Positions 8,680-18,723 of a stretch of DNA of 64,000 bases are shown piece by piece. Numbering within the stretch: position 1 is the stretch's first letter; each line of letters opens with the position of its first letter. Origin of the DNA: Hadesarchaea archaeon (lineage in GTDB: Archaea > Hadarchaeota > Hadarchaeia > Hadarchaeales > Hadarchaeaceae); assembly GCA_029259175.1 (NCBI GenBank), contig JAPDJH010000005.1, forward strand, positions 32,001 through 96,000, read 5' to 3'. Both the position numbers and the translations under genes were made by a program. A model generated the notes under the pieces. The model worked only from the letters and a program-made list of their open reading frames with translations, did no database searches and had not been told where the DNA came from.

Positions 8680-11600
8680 TTAATGGTTTTTTAACTTTTT
8701 GTCAAATCGTGTTCGGACAGAAGCGACCTCGCGATAAAACTCTTTCAAAACCTCAATGTAGTCCTTTTTCCCGTTTTCAACGTCGTCCATTGCCTGCTGT
8801 ACCACTCTCGTTCGCTCTTCTGAAATTAAATCGGCAAAGTGCTTGGTGAGAAAACGGTCAACCAGCATTCCTCGAGATGTGGGCAAGAGCTTGGATTTTC
8901 TTTCTACCACGTATTCTCGTGTAAACAATTTCGATAGAAGGGTTGAAAAGGTAGAAGGCCGGCCTATTCCTCTCTCCCTCATTTTGGTGACCACCTCTGC
9001 TTGGGTAAAGAGATCGACCTTGCTCTTTCTGGTCCAAACCAACAATCCCTGTTGTCTACCGGGAGTGAGAGGCTTGTCTACACGAATCTGCCAAGGATAA
9101 AGCTCAAGTGCCGTTCCTTTTGCAGAGATCGTACGAACTTCCTCTTTCTCGATGCGCACTGGCCAAACTTTGATCAAATATTTGACCCGTTCCAACTGGA
9201 ACTTGGGGGATTGACTCGCCATAAAACGGCGGAAAATGAGATCATATGCTTTGAAGTGCTTCAACGTGAGTGGAACCGAAACTTGAATAGCCCCCCGGTA
9301 CACCATGTCTCTCAAAGCGTGGACATTTACTGGTCGTGTAGGTCTTATGCACTCGTGGGCGCCTTCTTCGCCCATCGACCATTTTCTGCCTTCGAAATTC
9401 TCACCGAGATATTGACGTGCGATTTGTAATCCTCTATCGGAAACCCTAACACTATCAGTCCGGTGATAGGTGATCAGACCGTTCTCAAAAAGATCCTGCA
9501 ACAACCGCATGGCCTCATCGGTTCCTACTCTCAAGAACCTGTTTAAATCTCTCAACACCGTGTCGGTAGAATAAGGAGGCAAAGGAGTCTGGTCCGATCT
9601 CTCCCGTTGCACCTCGACTATCTCTACTGTGCAATGTAATGGTCTATACAGCCGCAATCGGAGATCCTCTTCACTTCCGAGGAAAATCCAGCCATCGGAT
9701 AGCTTTAACAAATAGTGTTTGATTTTCTGTTGATATTGTCGATAGCGTTCGATTATCCAGCTGAGTACGGGAGATTGTGCTCTGCCAGCTGAAAGATTCC
9801 TTTCCCGAAAATGCTGTTGAAGGAGTGTTGACAATTCAAATCCTATCCACCGGTCTTCTATCCTTCTAACAAGCTGGGCTTTTACTCTGTTCTCATTGAT
9901 CTCGCGCAGGTTTTCAAGAGAGTGAGTTATGGCTCTCCTAGTAACTTCGTGAAACTCGGCTCGTCTTACAGCAATCCCTGGGCCTGCTGCGAGATTGGCG
10001 AGATCCCAAGCTATTTTTTCTCCTTCCGTGTCTGGATCGGTGGCTAAAATCAACATACCGGTCGCCCTTACCATCAGCGCTATGCGACGAATTCTCCTAG
10101 CAGAATCGTCGTCCGCTATTTTACCGCAAATGGGACACTTTTCTCCTGCGACCCATTGAGCCCCATCAGCGCGGCACTTTTTGATCGATCCGTAGACGGG
10201 AACAAAACGCGTTGGCTCTACAATGATTCCATGATAATGTCCGCGTTCCACCAGATCGACCACATGGCCAAGCGATGCTGTGATAACCAGTACAAAATTC
10301 TCGGTCATCACTTCGTAAAACGGCTGCTCATCTACGAAGAAGATGGCTGGCTTTCCGAAGAACCTCGATATTTGCTTGGCCTTAGTCGGGCTTTCAACCA
10401 CAAAAACTGCTGGATAGACCACGTCGCGTGTTTCCTCCATACTCCGCGCGTATTGTTCTCTGCTCTCCACCAGCTCTCTTTTCTTCTGACCCAGCTGATC
10501 TATGGGGATGGAAGGTTTCACCTCTATATCGTAATAGGAGGCTCGAAGACGAAAAGCCTCTATCATCTCTTGGCGATCCAAAATTATTGCCAAGCCTTTG
10601 GTAATCCCCCCCGCGAACAGCCTTGACGTTCTCCCACTCGCTTGTATGTAGGTCGCGATATCGGGGACTATCAGACTCTGCTCTTCTACGACCACATCTT
10701 CGGTTCTTAACTCGAACTGTCTTTTTTCGAATATCTCTTTTATCCGCTGACGCGCTTTTTCTCTTTTGACCTTGTCGGTGAGTATGTACGGAATCAAAGA
10801 CTCGAGTTGTTTGTCCCTACGAAAGACCGACGCGAGCAACAAAAGCATGCGTGGAGAGGCTTCACTCACGTCTCTTATACTAACACGAAAGCTCGGAATC
10901 GACAAGAAAACAGCGTACTGAATCCTGCGAGGGTAATCGAGTCCCCGAACCAACAATCCGTAGTGAGATGCTACACCAACGAGCACCGCAGTCTTGTCTT
11001 CCAAAAAACGATCTATCTCGTTTTCTACCTCTTTCTTGCTTATGCCCGAGACTATAGCAGCCGCTGGAATCCCATTCTCTGAGAGAAATAACGCGACGCA
11101 CTTCGCCTCTGCTTCTCCGGAAACAAAAACCAAACCGCCTGAGCCCAATGCGTTGAGAATTCTCAGCAGAACCTTTTGTTTCTCCTCTTCATTTTTAACC
11201 ACTATGAAATAATCGTCAATATTTCGCAGTGCGGACCTGCTCGAACCAACAGAGAACCCCAGCAACTTCGTAAAGAGAGCGGCTTTCCTGCCCGGTCTAG
11301 CTGTTGCTGTCGATACCATTATCTGGCCACGGGGCGAATCGTTCGTCCTCTCTTGAGATTGGATTTCTTTTTCCGTGAATCCCAGCAAATGCAGTACTCG
11401 CTCCACGTTTTTCGAAGCTTTAAGAATGGCGTCAACATCGTCGACAAAAATGAAGTCGAACAATAGGTGCTTCATACTATCAAAATTCTTAGAAAGAAAA
11501 GCGCTGCTCGTCAAAAGAATGTCAAAATCTCCTTCGCCCAATTTTTTGCGGAACTCCTCTTTTTCACTCTTCTTCATGTTTGGCAAGTATCCAAGAATTC

Positions 11601-12000
11601 TCACGTTTTTCGTTATCTTTCCGAGCTGTCGAAAAATCTGCTGCAGAAGCGAAGTGGTCGGCACGATGATATAGCTTTTTTTCCCTTTTTCTTCAGCCAG
11701 CCAAGCGGAATACATAGTACCGAAAAACGTTTTGCCCACCCCCGTGGGAGCTACAGCGGCAAAGCTCAGACCCAGTGACAGCTTTCTAAACCAATACCGT
11801 TGCAACTTTTTCAGTTGCCTGCCTGTGCGCTCTCGAAAATATCGCTCGAAACTCTCAATATCTCGTATTCTGAATCTCTCATCAATGGTCTTTCCCGTAT
11901 GAGCACATCGGCCTTCACGCAATTCATCAGTGGTGATGGCGCCTCCGCACACTGGACACAATCCCTCATAGACTGCTGGGATCTCTGAGCCCCGCCACAC
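8680..12000 (-). CDS. rgy: reverse gyrase
   Basis: N-terminal CPVCGG zinc finger, APTGVGKT, DDVD, QASGRTSR helicase-like domain fused to topoisomerase IA (VESPTKA, TDPDTEGE, SAGRAQ, ITYHRTD); start uncertain (GTG 12000 or ATG 12033). Confidence 0.97.
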   Translation of the reverse strand: MWRGSEIPAVYEGLCPVCGGAITTDELREGRCAHTGKTIDERFRIRDIESFERYFRERTGRQLKKLQRYWFRKLSLGLSFAAVAPTGVGKTFFGTMYSAWLAEEKGKKSYIIVPTTSLLQQIFRQLGKITKNVRILGYLPNMKKSEKEEFRKKLGEGDFDILLTSSAFLSKNFDSMKHLLFDFIFVDDVDAILKASKNVERVLHLLGFTEKEIQSQERTNDSPRGQIMVSTATARPGRKAALFTKLLGFSVGSSRSALRNIDDYFIVVKNEEEKQKVLLRILNALGSGGLVFVSGEAEAKCVALFLSENGIPAAAIVSGISKKEVENEIDRFLEDKTAVLVGVASHYGLLVRGLDYPRRIQYAVFLSIPSFRVSIRDVSEASPRMLLLLASVFRRDKQLESLIPYILTDKVKREKARQRIKEIFEKRQFELRTEDVVVEEQSLIVPDIATYIQASGRTSRLFAGGITKGLAIILDRQEMIEAFRLRASYYDIEVKPSIPIDQLGQKKRELVESREQYARSMEETRDVVYPAVFVVESPTKAKQISRFFGKPAIFFVDEQPFYEVMTENFVLVITASLGHVVDLVERGHYHGIIVEPTRFVPVYGSIKKCRADGAQWVAGEKCPICGKIADDDSARRIRRIALMVRATGMLILATDPDTEGEKIAWDLANLAAGPGIAVRRAEFHEVTRRAITHSLENLREINENRVKAQLVRRIEDRWIGFELSTLLQQHFRERNLSAGRAQSPVLSWIIERYRQYQQKIKHYLLKLSDGWIFLGSEEDLRLRLYRPLHCTVEIVEVQRERSDQTPLPPYSTDTVLRDLNRFLRVGTDEAMRLLQDLFENGLITYHRTDSVRVSDRGLQIARQYLGENFEGRKWSMGEEGAHECIRPTRPVNVHALRDMVYRGAIQVSVPLTLKHFKAYDLIFRRFMASQSPKFQLERVKYLIKVWPVRIEKEEVRTISAKGTALELYPWQIRVDKPLTPGRQQGLLVWTRKSKVDLFTQAEVVTKMRERGIGRPSTFSTLLSKLFTREYVVERKSKLLPTSRGMLVDRFLTKHFADLISEERTRVVQQAMDDVENGKKDYIEVLKEFYREVASVRTRFDKKLKNH

Positions 12001-12058
12001 GAAGTATTCTGGACACGAGCGCTTAAGAGGCATTGCGAGCCATAACAATGGGAAATCC

Positions 12059-12940
12059 ATGGAGGAACTGATTCGGATATCGCCTGGATTCGGAGGATTC
12101 GACTTCCCCTATGACAAAGCGGAAGTGGTTTTTCTTGGTATCCCGCTCGATGTTACTTCTAGCTATAGGGCTGGTTATCGTTTCGCTCCAGCCAAGATTC
12201 GCGAAGCTTCGGCAAATTTGGAAACGTATCTTCCAGAATTCGGACTCGATGTCTTCGAAACTCTAAACATAACAGACATGGGCGACGTAGTTCCAACACC
12301 AACCGATATGGAAAGTACAGGAGAGAGGATAAAGAAATTTGTAAGCCGTATTGTCAAAGATGGCAAGTTCCCCATCCTGCTTGGAGGAGAACACACGTTG
12401 ACCTACTTCTCAATCCAAGCTTTCGATGATCTGTTTCTGATTCACCTGGACGCTCACAGAGATTTGCGCGATGAATATCTTGGCGATCGAGTCTGTCACG
12501 CAACTGTCGCACGTAGAGTCCTAGATTTGCTCGAAGCTGACCGACTAATCCAAGTTGGCATTCGCTCGTGCTCAAAAGAGGAAGCGGAATACGCGAAGAC
12601 CAAAAAAATCAAGAGCTTTTCTTCGGCAGAACTTCAAGCTAGTATAGCCCGAATTGTTTCAGAAGTAAAACAAACAGTTGCTTCACATCCAGTGTACCTC
12701 ACGATCGACTTGGATGTGCTCGATCCAGCATTTGCTCCAGCTGTTGCGACTCCGGAACCAGGCGGGCTCACGGTCTCCGAACTCTTCACATTCATTCGTG
12801 AGTTGCGCGACTTGAACCTTGTGGGCTGCGACATAGTAGAGTTCGTGCCGCCTTATGATAACGGAAACACAGCATTCGTTGCTGCAAAAACCGCGTATCA
12901 CGTGCTTGGTGTGCTCTCCCTCAAAAAAGCAACTACTTGA
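12059..12940 (+). CDS. speB: agmatinase
   Basis: [23 protein letters not shown]....PEPGG ureohydrolase motifs. Confidence 0.93.
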   Translation: MEELIRISPGFGGFDFPYDKAEVVFLGIPLDVTSSYRAGYRFAPAKIREASANLETYLPEFGLDVFETLNITDMGDVVPTPTDMESTGERIKKFVSRIVKDGKFPILLGGEHTLTYFSIQAFDDLFLIHLDAHRDLRDEYLGDRVCHATVARRVLDLLEADRLIQVGIRSCSKEEAEYAKTKKIKSFSSAELQASIARIVSEVKQTVASHPVYLTIDLDVLDPAFAPAVATPEPGGLTVSELFTFIRELRDLNLVGCDIVEFVPPYDNGNTAFVAAKTAYHVLGVLSLKKATT

Positions 12941-13451
12941 TTAGGTCTGCTCCTTTGTCGATCACCACACGAGTGGGCATTGGGAACTTCATCGAAGCCC
13001 TTCGCAACGCCTCTTTTGCCCACTGAACAAACTCTGGATTTACTCGAACCGTCATTATTTTCTGACCCGGCCGCACACGTGCTGCAGAACCGATGGGCTT
13101 TCCAAAAGCTCTCCGCATTCCGTCCGAAATCCGGTCAGCGCCAGCGCCCGCTGCCATCGGATTTTCTCTCAAAACATGGTGGGGAAAAATCCTTATCTTG
13201 AAGTGATAGTTTTCTTTTCCCACTTTTGTCTCCAAAACTCGATTTGCCGCCACCCTAGCCGCTTCGAGAGCGTTGTGCCGAATCTGTCCTTGCTCGCTGG
13301 ATACCAAAGAGAGCTCCACCGCGAAATCTCCTTTTGGATTACCCATATCGTAGAAAGTTACTCTCGGCGGAGGGGCACCTTTGATGAACTCTCTACGCGT
13401 ATAAGCCGGCCCGCTAAAGTACCGATAGGTCTTAGCTGGTCTTAGCGGCAT
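12933..13451 (-). CDS. rpl10e: 50S ribosomal protein uL16 (L10e)
   Basis: [37 protein letters not shown]; ATG 13451. Confidence 0.97.
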   Translation of the reverse strand: MPLRPAKTYRYFSGPAYTRREFIKGAPPPRVTFYDMGNPKGDFAVELSLVSSEQGQIRHNALEAARVAANRVLETKVGKENYHFKIRIFPHHVLRENPMAAGAGADRISDGMRRAFGKPIGSAARVRPGQKIMTVRVNPEFVQWAKEALRRASMKFPMPTRVVIDKGADLIK

Positions 13452-13527
13452 GTCTATCCACCAACCTACGAAGGAAGATTTACTATAAAAAACCAAAAGG
13501 TGATAGTTAGAGAGGCTGGGAGGTCAC

Positions 13528-14187
13528 ATGTACGTGGTAATCGTTGGAGGAGGTAGAACAGGTTTCCGTTTAGCTAAGAGACTAAGCGAGAGGGGTCACA
13601 ATGTAGCTCTTATTGAAAAAGACGAGAAACGTGCAAACGAAATCGCCGCTCAGCTGAACGTTTTAGTGATAAAGGGCAACGGGGCCGAGTTGGACGTGTT
13701 GAAAGATGCGGGCATCCAACGAGCGGACGCTCTCGTTGCTCTGACTGATGCCGATGAGGTAAATCTGATGTCTTGTGAGCTGGCAAAGAAGATGGGAGTG
13801 CCGCGGGTCATCGCAAGAGTAAACGAGGAAGAACACGCCAGAATGTTCGAAACCCTAGGCATCGACGTAGCGATAAGCATACCGAGTACTGTCGTGATGA
13901 TTTTTGAAAAAGTCGTAACGGGTCCTAAGGGAGCATACAGTCTCTTGGGAATCGGAGGAGGAAAAGGAGAGGTTGTCGAGGTCGTGGTAAACCCGGAATC
14001 GAAAGTGGTTGGAAAAACAATAAAGGAACTGGATTTGCCGAAAGATGTCACCATCGGAATAATTGTGCGAAACGATGAGCTTGTGCCACCACGAGGGGAC
14101 ACGGTCATTCAAGCTGGTGACATGCTGACCATCCTCGGAAAGCCTTCAGCTGTTTTAAAATTTGCAAAGCTCGTGACCAAATCTTAG
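13528..14187 (+). CDS. trkA: TrkA-family potassium uptake regulatory protein (RCK_N + RCK_C)
   Basis: VIVGGGRTG Rossmann motif, DEVNLM, RVIARV, PRGDTVIQAGD. Confidence 0.9.
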   Translation: MYVVIVGGGRTGFRLAKRLSERGHNVALIEKDEKRANEIAAQLNVLVIKGNGAELDVLKDAGIQRADALVALTDADEVNLMSCELAKKMGVPRVIARVNEEEHARMFETLGIDVAISIPSTVVMIFEKVVTGPKGAYSLLGIGGGKGEVVEVVVNPESKVVGKTIKELDLPKDVTIGIIVRNDELVPPRGDTVIQAGDMLTILGKPSAVLKFAKLVTKS

Positions 14188-15335
14188 GCGTGGAGTTCTA
14201 CAATATCCCCATCCCTCACTTCGTAACTTTTGGAAACTTGTTGGCCGGGAAACTTGGTGGACCCCCACACGCGTGCGTATTTCAGATTTCTCGCTAGGTC
14301 TTTGTGTACAGCCTTTGCCACGTCGAGGATTGTAGAGTGCTTCTTCAGAACCAAAGGACGGTCTGAGGGCTCGCCATCAGGCGGTTTGGTAAACACCCTG
14401 ATCAAGTCCAGTGATTTGAAGATCTTGCGCTTCACTTCCTCCAAATCTTCTTCACCTACCATGATTATCTCGAAATCCTTACCGAAGCGTTCAAGCAAAG
14501 CTGACAACTTTCTCTCGATATCGGGAATATCTTTTCTCGCCACCAAAACAAAGGCTTTTTTGAACGCCACCGATTTTCCTACTAGTTCCCGCAGTTGAGC
14601 AGGAGAGACGGGCTCCCAGATAACCACATGAGCATTGAACACCCCGTGATCTTGCAGAATTTCTCTTACGTGCTCTTCTCCGCCGGAAACCAAATGTGCG
14701 CCCACAACCTCTATCCCGCCCGACGATCTTTCTTCTATTTTGACCGCAGGGGGCTTTTTGTTCACTTTAATCCCAACTCGCTCGAGTTCTCGGAGAAGGA
14801 CATTCAGTTCCTCTACCGGATCATCAGTCGCACCCAAGACAAGTCCAATCGCATCAGCAGTTCTAGCTAAACTCAGGGGTTTCAAACCAAGACCACGACC
14901 TTCGGATGAACCCTCCACCACACCAGGGGCCTCGACCAACTGAATCTGAACACCATCGATTTCCATCATCGCAGGAACGGGTTCAAGCGTTGTGAACGGG
15001 TAATCTGCTATTTCCGGCTTGGCTGCCGTCAGCTTACTCAGAAGGGTCGATTTGCCAGAATTTGGAAAGCCTAAGAAAACGACTTGCGCAGCGCCCTCTT
15101 TTTTGATCGCAAACGCTTGAGTGCTCTTTCCTGCTCGCTTTTTCTCCTTTTCTTTGAGCTCTCGCTGAAGTTTGGCCAATCGTTGTTTCAACATTTTAAG
15201 CAATTTTTCAGTGCCTTTGTGTTTCGGCGCCAACCGGATGAGCTCTCGGGTGAGCTCTATCCGCTCTTCCAACGTCTTGGCGCGAGCATATTGTTCTTCC
15301 ACCTTCAGATACTCGGGCGGGAGATTTGCAGGCAT
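14184..15335 (-). CDS. DRG/OBG-family GTPase with TGS domain
   Basis: PKHKGTEKL, GFPNSGKSTLL, ADYPFTT, C-terminal YARVWGS..FPGQ.V. Confidence 0.92.
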   Translation of the reverse strand: MPANLPPEYLKVEEQYARAKTLEERIELTRELIRLAPKHKGTEKLLKMLKQRLAKLQRELKEKEKKRAGKSTQAFAIKKEGAAQVVFLGFPNSGKSTLLSKLTAAKPEIADYPFTTLEPVPAMMEIDGVQIQLVEAPGVVEGSSEGRGLGLKPLSLARTADAIGLVLGATDDPVEELNVLLRELERVGIKVNKKPPAVKIEERSSGGIEVVGAHLVSGGEEHVREILQDHGVFNAHVVIWEPVSPAQLRELVGKSVAFKKAFVLVARKDIPDIERKLSALLERFGKDFEIIMVGEEDLEEVKRKIFKSLDLIRVFTKPPDGEPSDRPLVLKKHSTILDVAKAVHKDLARNLKYARVWGSTKFPGQQVSKSYEVRDGDIVELHA

Positions 15336-15350
15336 ACTATACCACCCATG

Positions 15351-16523
15351 CTAATATTGAGTGCCAAGAATTTTCTTGATTTTAGACCACAAAAAGGAAA
15401 AACCGAACCGAGCCATCAGAGAGGGGGCTCGCTTGAAAAAGGCAGAAGCGAGAGAAGAGTGGCGATCGAAATCGAAGTTGTTTAAAATGATTTGTTTTAT
15501 TTCTGGTTCGGCCAGCATGGCGATTATTTTATCTAACTCTGAATCCGACAAACGCCAGAAAAATTCGCGCAACATCATTCCCACTTTTATCTCCCTCCCA
15601 AGTTTTTCTTCCACAGCTTGCGAATATGTCTCTCCGATTTTCTCGATATCGGGAGAGGTGAGTCTCTCAGCAATTACGTCAGCTGCCAAAGCTGAACATG
15701 AAAGTCCATAATAAAGCCCGCCGCCCGTCATCGGTTTTACCTGACCAGCAGCATCGCCGACCAAAAGTGTTCTCCCAGCTCCTGGTGATGAAACGAAAAA
15801 CCGCGGTATGAGTCCCGAACAACTACTGAGAATCTTGACGGCAGTCTGTCGGCAAAACGGGTGAGTTTTAAGTAAGAAAAGAGGATTTCCTGAAGTGCAA
15901 CCTAAACCCACTCTGGTGATTTCGCCTCCGGGAATAGCCCAAGCGAAAAAACCGGGAGCGATGCTTTTCCCCAACCACACGGTTACCTTATCTTGCTCCC
16001 AAGTGTTGCTGATCTCGGCTTGAGAGCAGAAAAAGTACTCACGTCTCGACACAAATCTGCGCGCAAGCCTCGATGTCGGACCGTCTGCACTCACCAACAC
16101 GTCACAGAATATCTCATCGCTCACAAATCCTTGTGTCCTGATCTTTGGGATTTTCTTGACACTTGCTTCTATCCCTCTGGTTTTGAGAAAAATGGTCGCG
16201 CCAGCGGCAAGTGCCCGTTCGGCTAGCGCTCTATCAAAAGCAGGTCTATTGATTACCCAGGCCTGTGGCTCCGCTTTAAATTCGATACTGGAACCGTTTG
16301 GTGACACAAACTCCGCCCTGCTGACAGTCGAGATGACCCAATCCTCCTTCCTGAAACCTAGTTCTTTCATTCCCTTGATGCCGACCAATCCGCCGCAACA
16401 CGAGGGATTCCCTATCTGAGGATCCTCTTCGATTACCGCCACATCTACTCCATGCTCCGCCAATTTCCAAGCGAGAAAAGTGCCCGCTGGACCGCCCCCC
16501 ACCACGACCACATCAAACCTCAT
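15351..16523 (-). CDS. geranylgeranyl reductase family FAD oxidoreductase
   Basis: DVVVVGGGPAG, CCGG, RPAFD, APGFFAWAIP, LVGDAAGQVKPMTGGG. Confidence 0.9.
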   Translation of the reverse strand: MRFDVVVVGGGPAGTFLAWKLAEHGVDVAVIEEDPQIGNPSCCGGLVGIKGMKELGFRKEDWVISTVSRAEFVSPNGSSIEFKAEPQAWVINRPAFDRALAERALAAGATIFLKTRGIEASVKKIPKIRTQGFVSDEIFCDVLVSADGPTSRLARRFVSRREYFFCSQAEISNTWEQDKVTVWLGKSIAPGFFAWAIPGGEITRVGLGCTSGNPLFLLKTHPFCRQTAVKILSSCSGLIPRFFVSSPGAGRTLLVGDAAGQVKPMTGGGLYYGLSCSALAADVIAERLTSPDIEKIGETYSQAVEEKLGREIKVGMMLREFFWRLSDSELDKIIAMLAEPEIKQIILNNFDFDRHSSLASAFFKRAPSLMARFGFSFLWSKIKKILGTQY

Positions 16524-16780
16524 TGTTTCTCCTCCTCGGATTCGGCCGATTTTTCTGCCACTATTCGCTCCACGTAAATTTCAACTCGTGGGCTAGCTCC
16601 ATCGGCGGACTTCTCAAAAGTTGGAGTGGATGTGTCCACATTTTCTCCATTATAAGGACGCAGGAATGAAAAAGAAGTTGGTCGCCCTTGGATTGGCATC
16701 GCCACTAGTGCCGTCGCGCAAAGCACGAGCACTAGCCATAAGCACCTCCATCGCGTATTTTTGCCCATTTGCTCCCTCAA
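16520..16780 (-). CDS. short hypothetical secreted protein (possible remnant)
   Basis: Basic N-terminus, hydrophobic signal-like segment, then PYNGENVDTSTPTF; stop overlaps the GGR start (ATGA). Confidence 0.45.
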   Translation of the reverse strand: MREQMGKNTRWRCLWLVLVLCATALVAMPIQGRPTSFSFLRPYNGENVDTSTPTFEKSADGASPRVEIYVERIVAEKSAESEEEKQ

Positions 16781-16859
16781 AAATTTGCACAGAATGTGAA
16801 AATAGATTGGGGCATCATGTTTTTAGGAGATTTGGAGAAGACTAAAGCAGTGGAGTTCG

Positions 16860-17372
16860 ATGCTGGCAAAAATCGGATATGTGATCGCTGGGTTATTATT
16901 GATAGGAGTGCCAGGATTCCTTTTCTCGGTGGCACTCTATCCTAACCGAAAATCCCTTGGCTTCTGGGAGAGAACAGGAGTCAGTATCGGGCTCGGTATC
17001 TTAGTGGTAATCTACGAGGTCGCTACGTTAGCCAAGCTCAAATCCATGACTTTGGAACCCTTTCTGGCTATGGCGACCGGTGTTGGGGTGGCTCTCGGTG
17101 TGATGGCTATTATCCGGAAAGGAACAGGTGCCGTTCAAGAATATATCGAAGAAATCAGGATTGGTCTCGCTAAGATTGGCGGTCGAATACCGAAACCCGT
17201 GAAAAAAATGGAGAAACCTTCTGCCCCAATCGAACAGAAATGTGAGGCCTGTGGAGAAGCAAACCCCCCGGATGTCGTCTATTGTATCTACTGCGGAAAT
17301 CCATTGAAGAAGCCACAGGAGAGTGAAAAAAGCGATGTTCAAGTTCAAGCAAGTGATAGTGGTGCGGTCTGA
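16860..17372 (+). CDS. membrane protein (DUF1616-like N-terminus) with C-terminal zinc ribbon
   Basis: [13 protein letters not shown]...[10 protein letters not shown]; three TM segments; CEACG..N.....YCIYCG. Confidence 0.75.
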   Translation: MLAKIGYVIAGLLLIGVPGFLFSVALYPNRKSLGFWERTGVSIGLGILVVIYEVATLAKLKSMTLEPFLAMATGVGVALGVMAIIRKGTGAVQEYIEEIRIGLAKIGGRIPKPVKKMEKPSAPIEQKCEACGEANPPDVVYCIYCGNPLKKPQESEKSDVQVQASDSGAV

Positions 17373-17691
17373 TCTTGATATGAGTTCTGGGAAACTGGCG
17401 GCTCAAGTTGCTCACGCCGCAGTTGGAGCCGCTGAACAAACGAGAAAAGAAAAAAATGAATGGTTTAAGGGATGGCTGAAGGAAGGACAGAAGAAAGTTG
17501 TGGTTAAGGTTTCCTCCGAAGAAGAGCTCAGGAGTCTTTGTGAAAAAGCGAGCGAACTGGGACTCCCCTTCCAGCTAATCGAAGATGCGGGTTTGACTGA
17601 GCTTCCGCCGGGCACCGTTACTACCTTGGGAATCGGGCCAGGACCATCCAACCTCGTAGATCAAGTGACAGGTCGATTACCTCTGCTTTGA
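17335..17691 (+). CDS. pth2: peptidyl-tRNA hydrolase 2
   Basis: [43 protein letters not shown]. Confidence 0.97.
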   Translation: MFKFKQVIVVRSDLDMSSGKLAAQVAHAAVGAAEQTRKEKNEWFKGWLKEGQKKVVVKVSSEEELRSLCEKASELGLPFQLIEDAGLTELPPGTVTTLGIGPGPSNLVDQVTGRLPLL

Positions 17692-17702
17692 GGTCGATCA
17701 AG

Positions 17703-18683
17703 ATGAAACTAAAAGACGTGGGAGAAAGGACAATCATAGAATTTGCTAGAAAAGTGTGCAAAACCCGAACTCCGGTAAAGGTGGGTGTTGGGGACGACGC
17801 CGCGGTTCTCCGTTTGGGAAATGTCAAAGTAGTTGTTACTACCGACATGTTGGTGGCGGAAACACACTTCCCAAAAAATGTTTCACCAGAGGCGATCGGA
17901 GAAAAAGCCGTTGCCGTGAACCTCAGCGATTTGGCTGCGATGGGTGCACGCCCATTGGCTGTTTTGTTCTCGGTAGGATTTCCAACAGATACTAACGTGA
18001 AATTCGTGAAACAGCTTATTCGAAGTATGTATCGGACTGCAAAGCGCTATGGATGCCAAGTGGTGGGTGGAGATGTCTGTGAGAGCCCCGTTCTGACCGT
18101 TGGCGGGATTGCCCTCGGGATTTGTGAGGGAAATGTTCTGAAAAGGAGCGGTGCAAGGCCTAGAGACCTCATAGGAATCACGGGTAAAACAGGTGCTGCC
18201 GCGGCGGGACTCGATTTGATGAAGAACAAAAGACTTGCGAGAAAATTTCCATCACTTGTGGGAGCACAGCTCAAACCGAGGGCACGTGTTGCTGAAGGAC
18301 TCGCACTGGCCAAAACGCCGGGAGTCACATCCGCGATCGACATAAGCGATGGTCTGGCGCGCAATCTTTGGCAACTGGCAAAGGAAAGCGGAGTCAAGAT
18401 GGTTCTCGAAAGAATCCCCGTCGACCCACGTGTGGAAAAGGCGAGCAAACACGCCAGAAAAAGCGCGGCAGAATATGCTCTTTACGGGGGAGAAGACTAT
18501 GAGCTCCTATTCACCTTTAGACCTGGTGCAATCACTGCACTAAAACAAGCGTTTGCAAAGATCGGATCACGGTTCCTAGTGATTGGACGTGTAGAGAAAG
18601 GCCGGGGAGTTTATTTGAGGATCGACAAAAAACTTGAGCAAGTTCCCGACCGAGGATTTGAACATTTCACAATCAAAACATAA
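17703..18683 (+). CDS. thiL: thiamine-monophosphate kinase
   Basis: GVGDDAA, TTDML..THF, NLSDLAAMGARP, VGGD, AIDISDGL, GGEDYEL. Confidence 0.96.
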   Translation: MKLKDVGERTIIEFARKVCKTRTPVKVGVGDDAAVLRLGNVKVVVTTDMLVAETHFPKNVSPEAIGEKAVAVNLSDLAAMGARPLAVLFSVGFPTDTNVKFVKQLIRSMYRTAKRYGCQVVGGDVCESPVLTVGGIALGICEGNVLKRSGARPRDLIGITGKTGAAAAGLDLMKNKRLARKFPSLVGAQLKPRARVAEGLALAKTPGVTSAIDISDGLARNLWQLAKESGVKMVLERIPVDPRVEKASKHARKSAAEYALYGGEDYELLFTFRPGAITALKQAFAKIGSRFLVIGRVEKGRGVYLRIDKKLEQVPDRGFEHFTIKT

Positions 18684-18723
18684 TGTTCAAAACCCAGCAA
18701 ACGCTTGTTGGTGAGGGGTCGAA

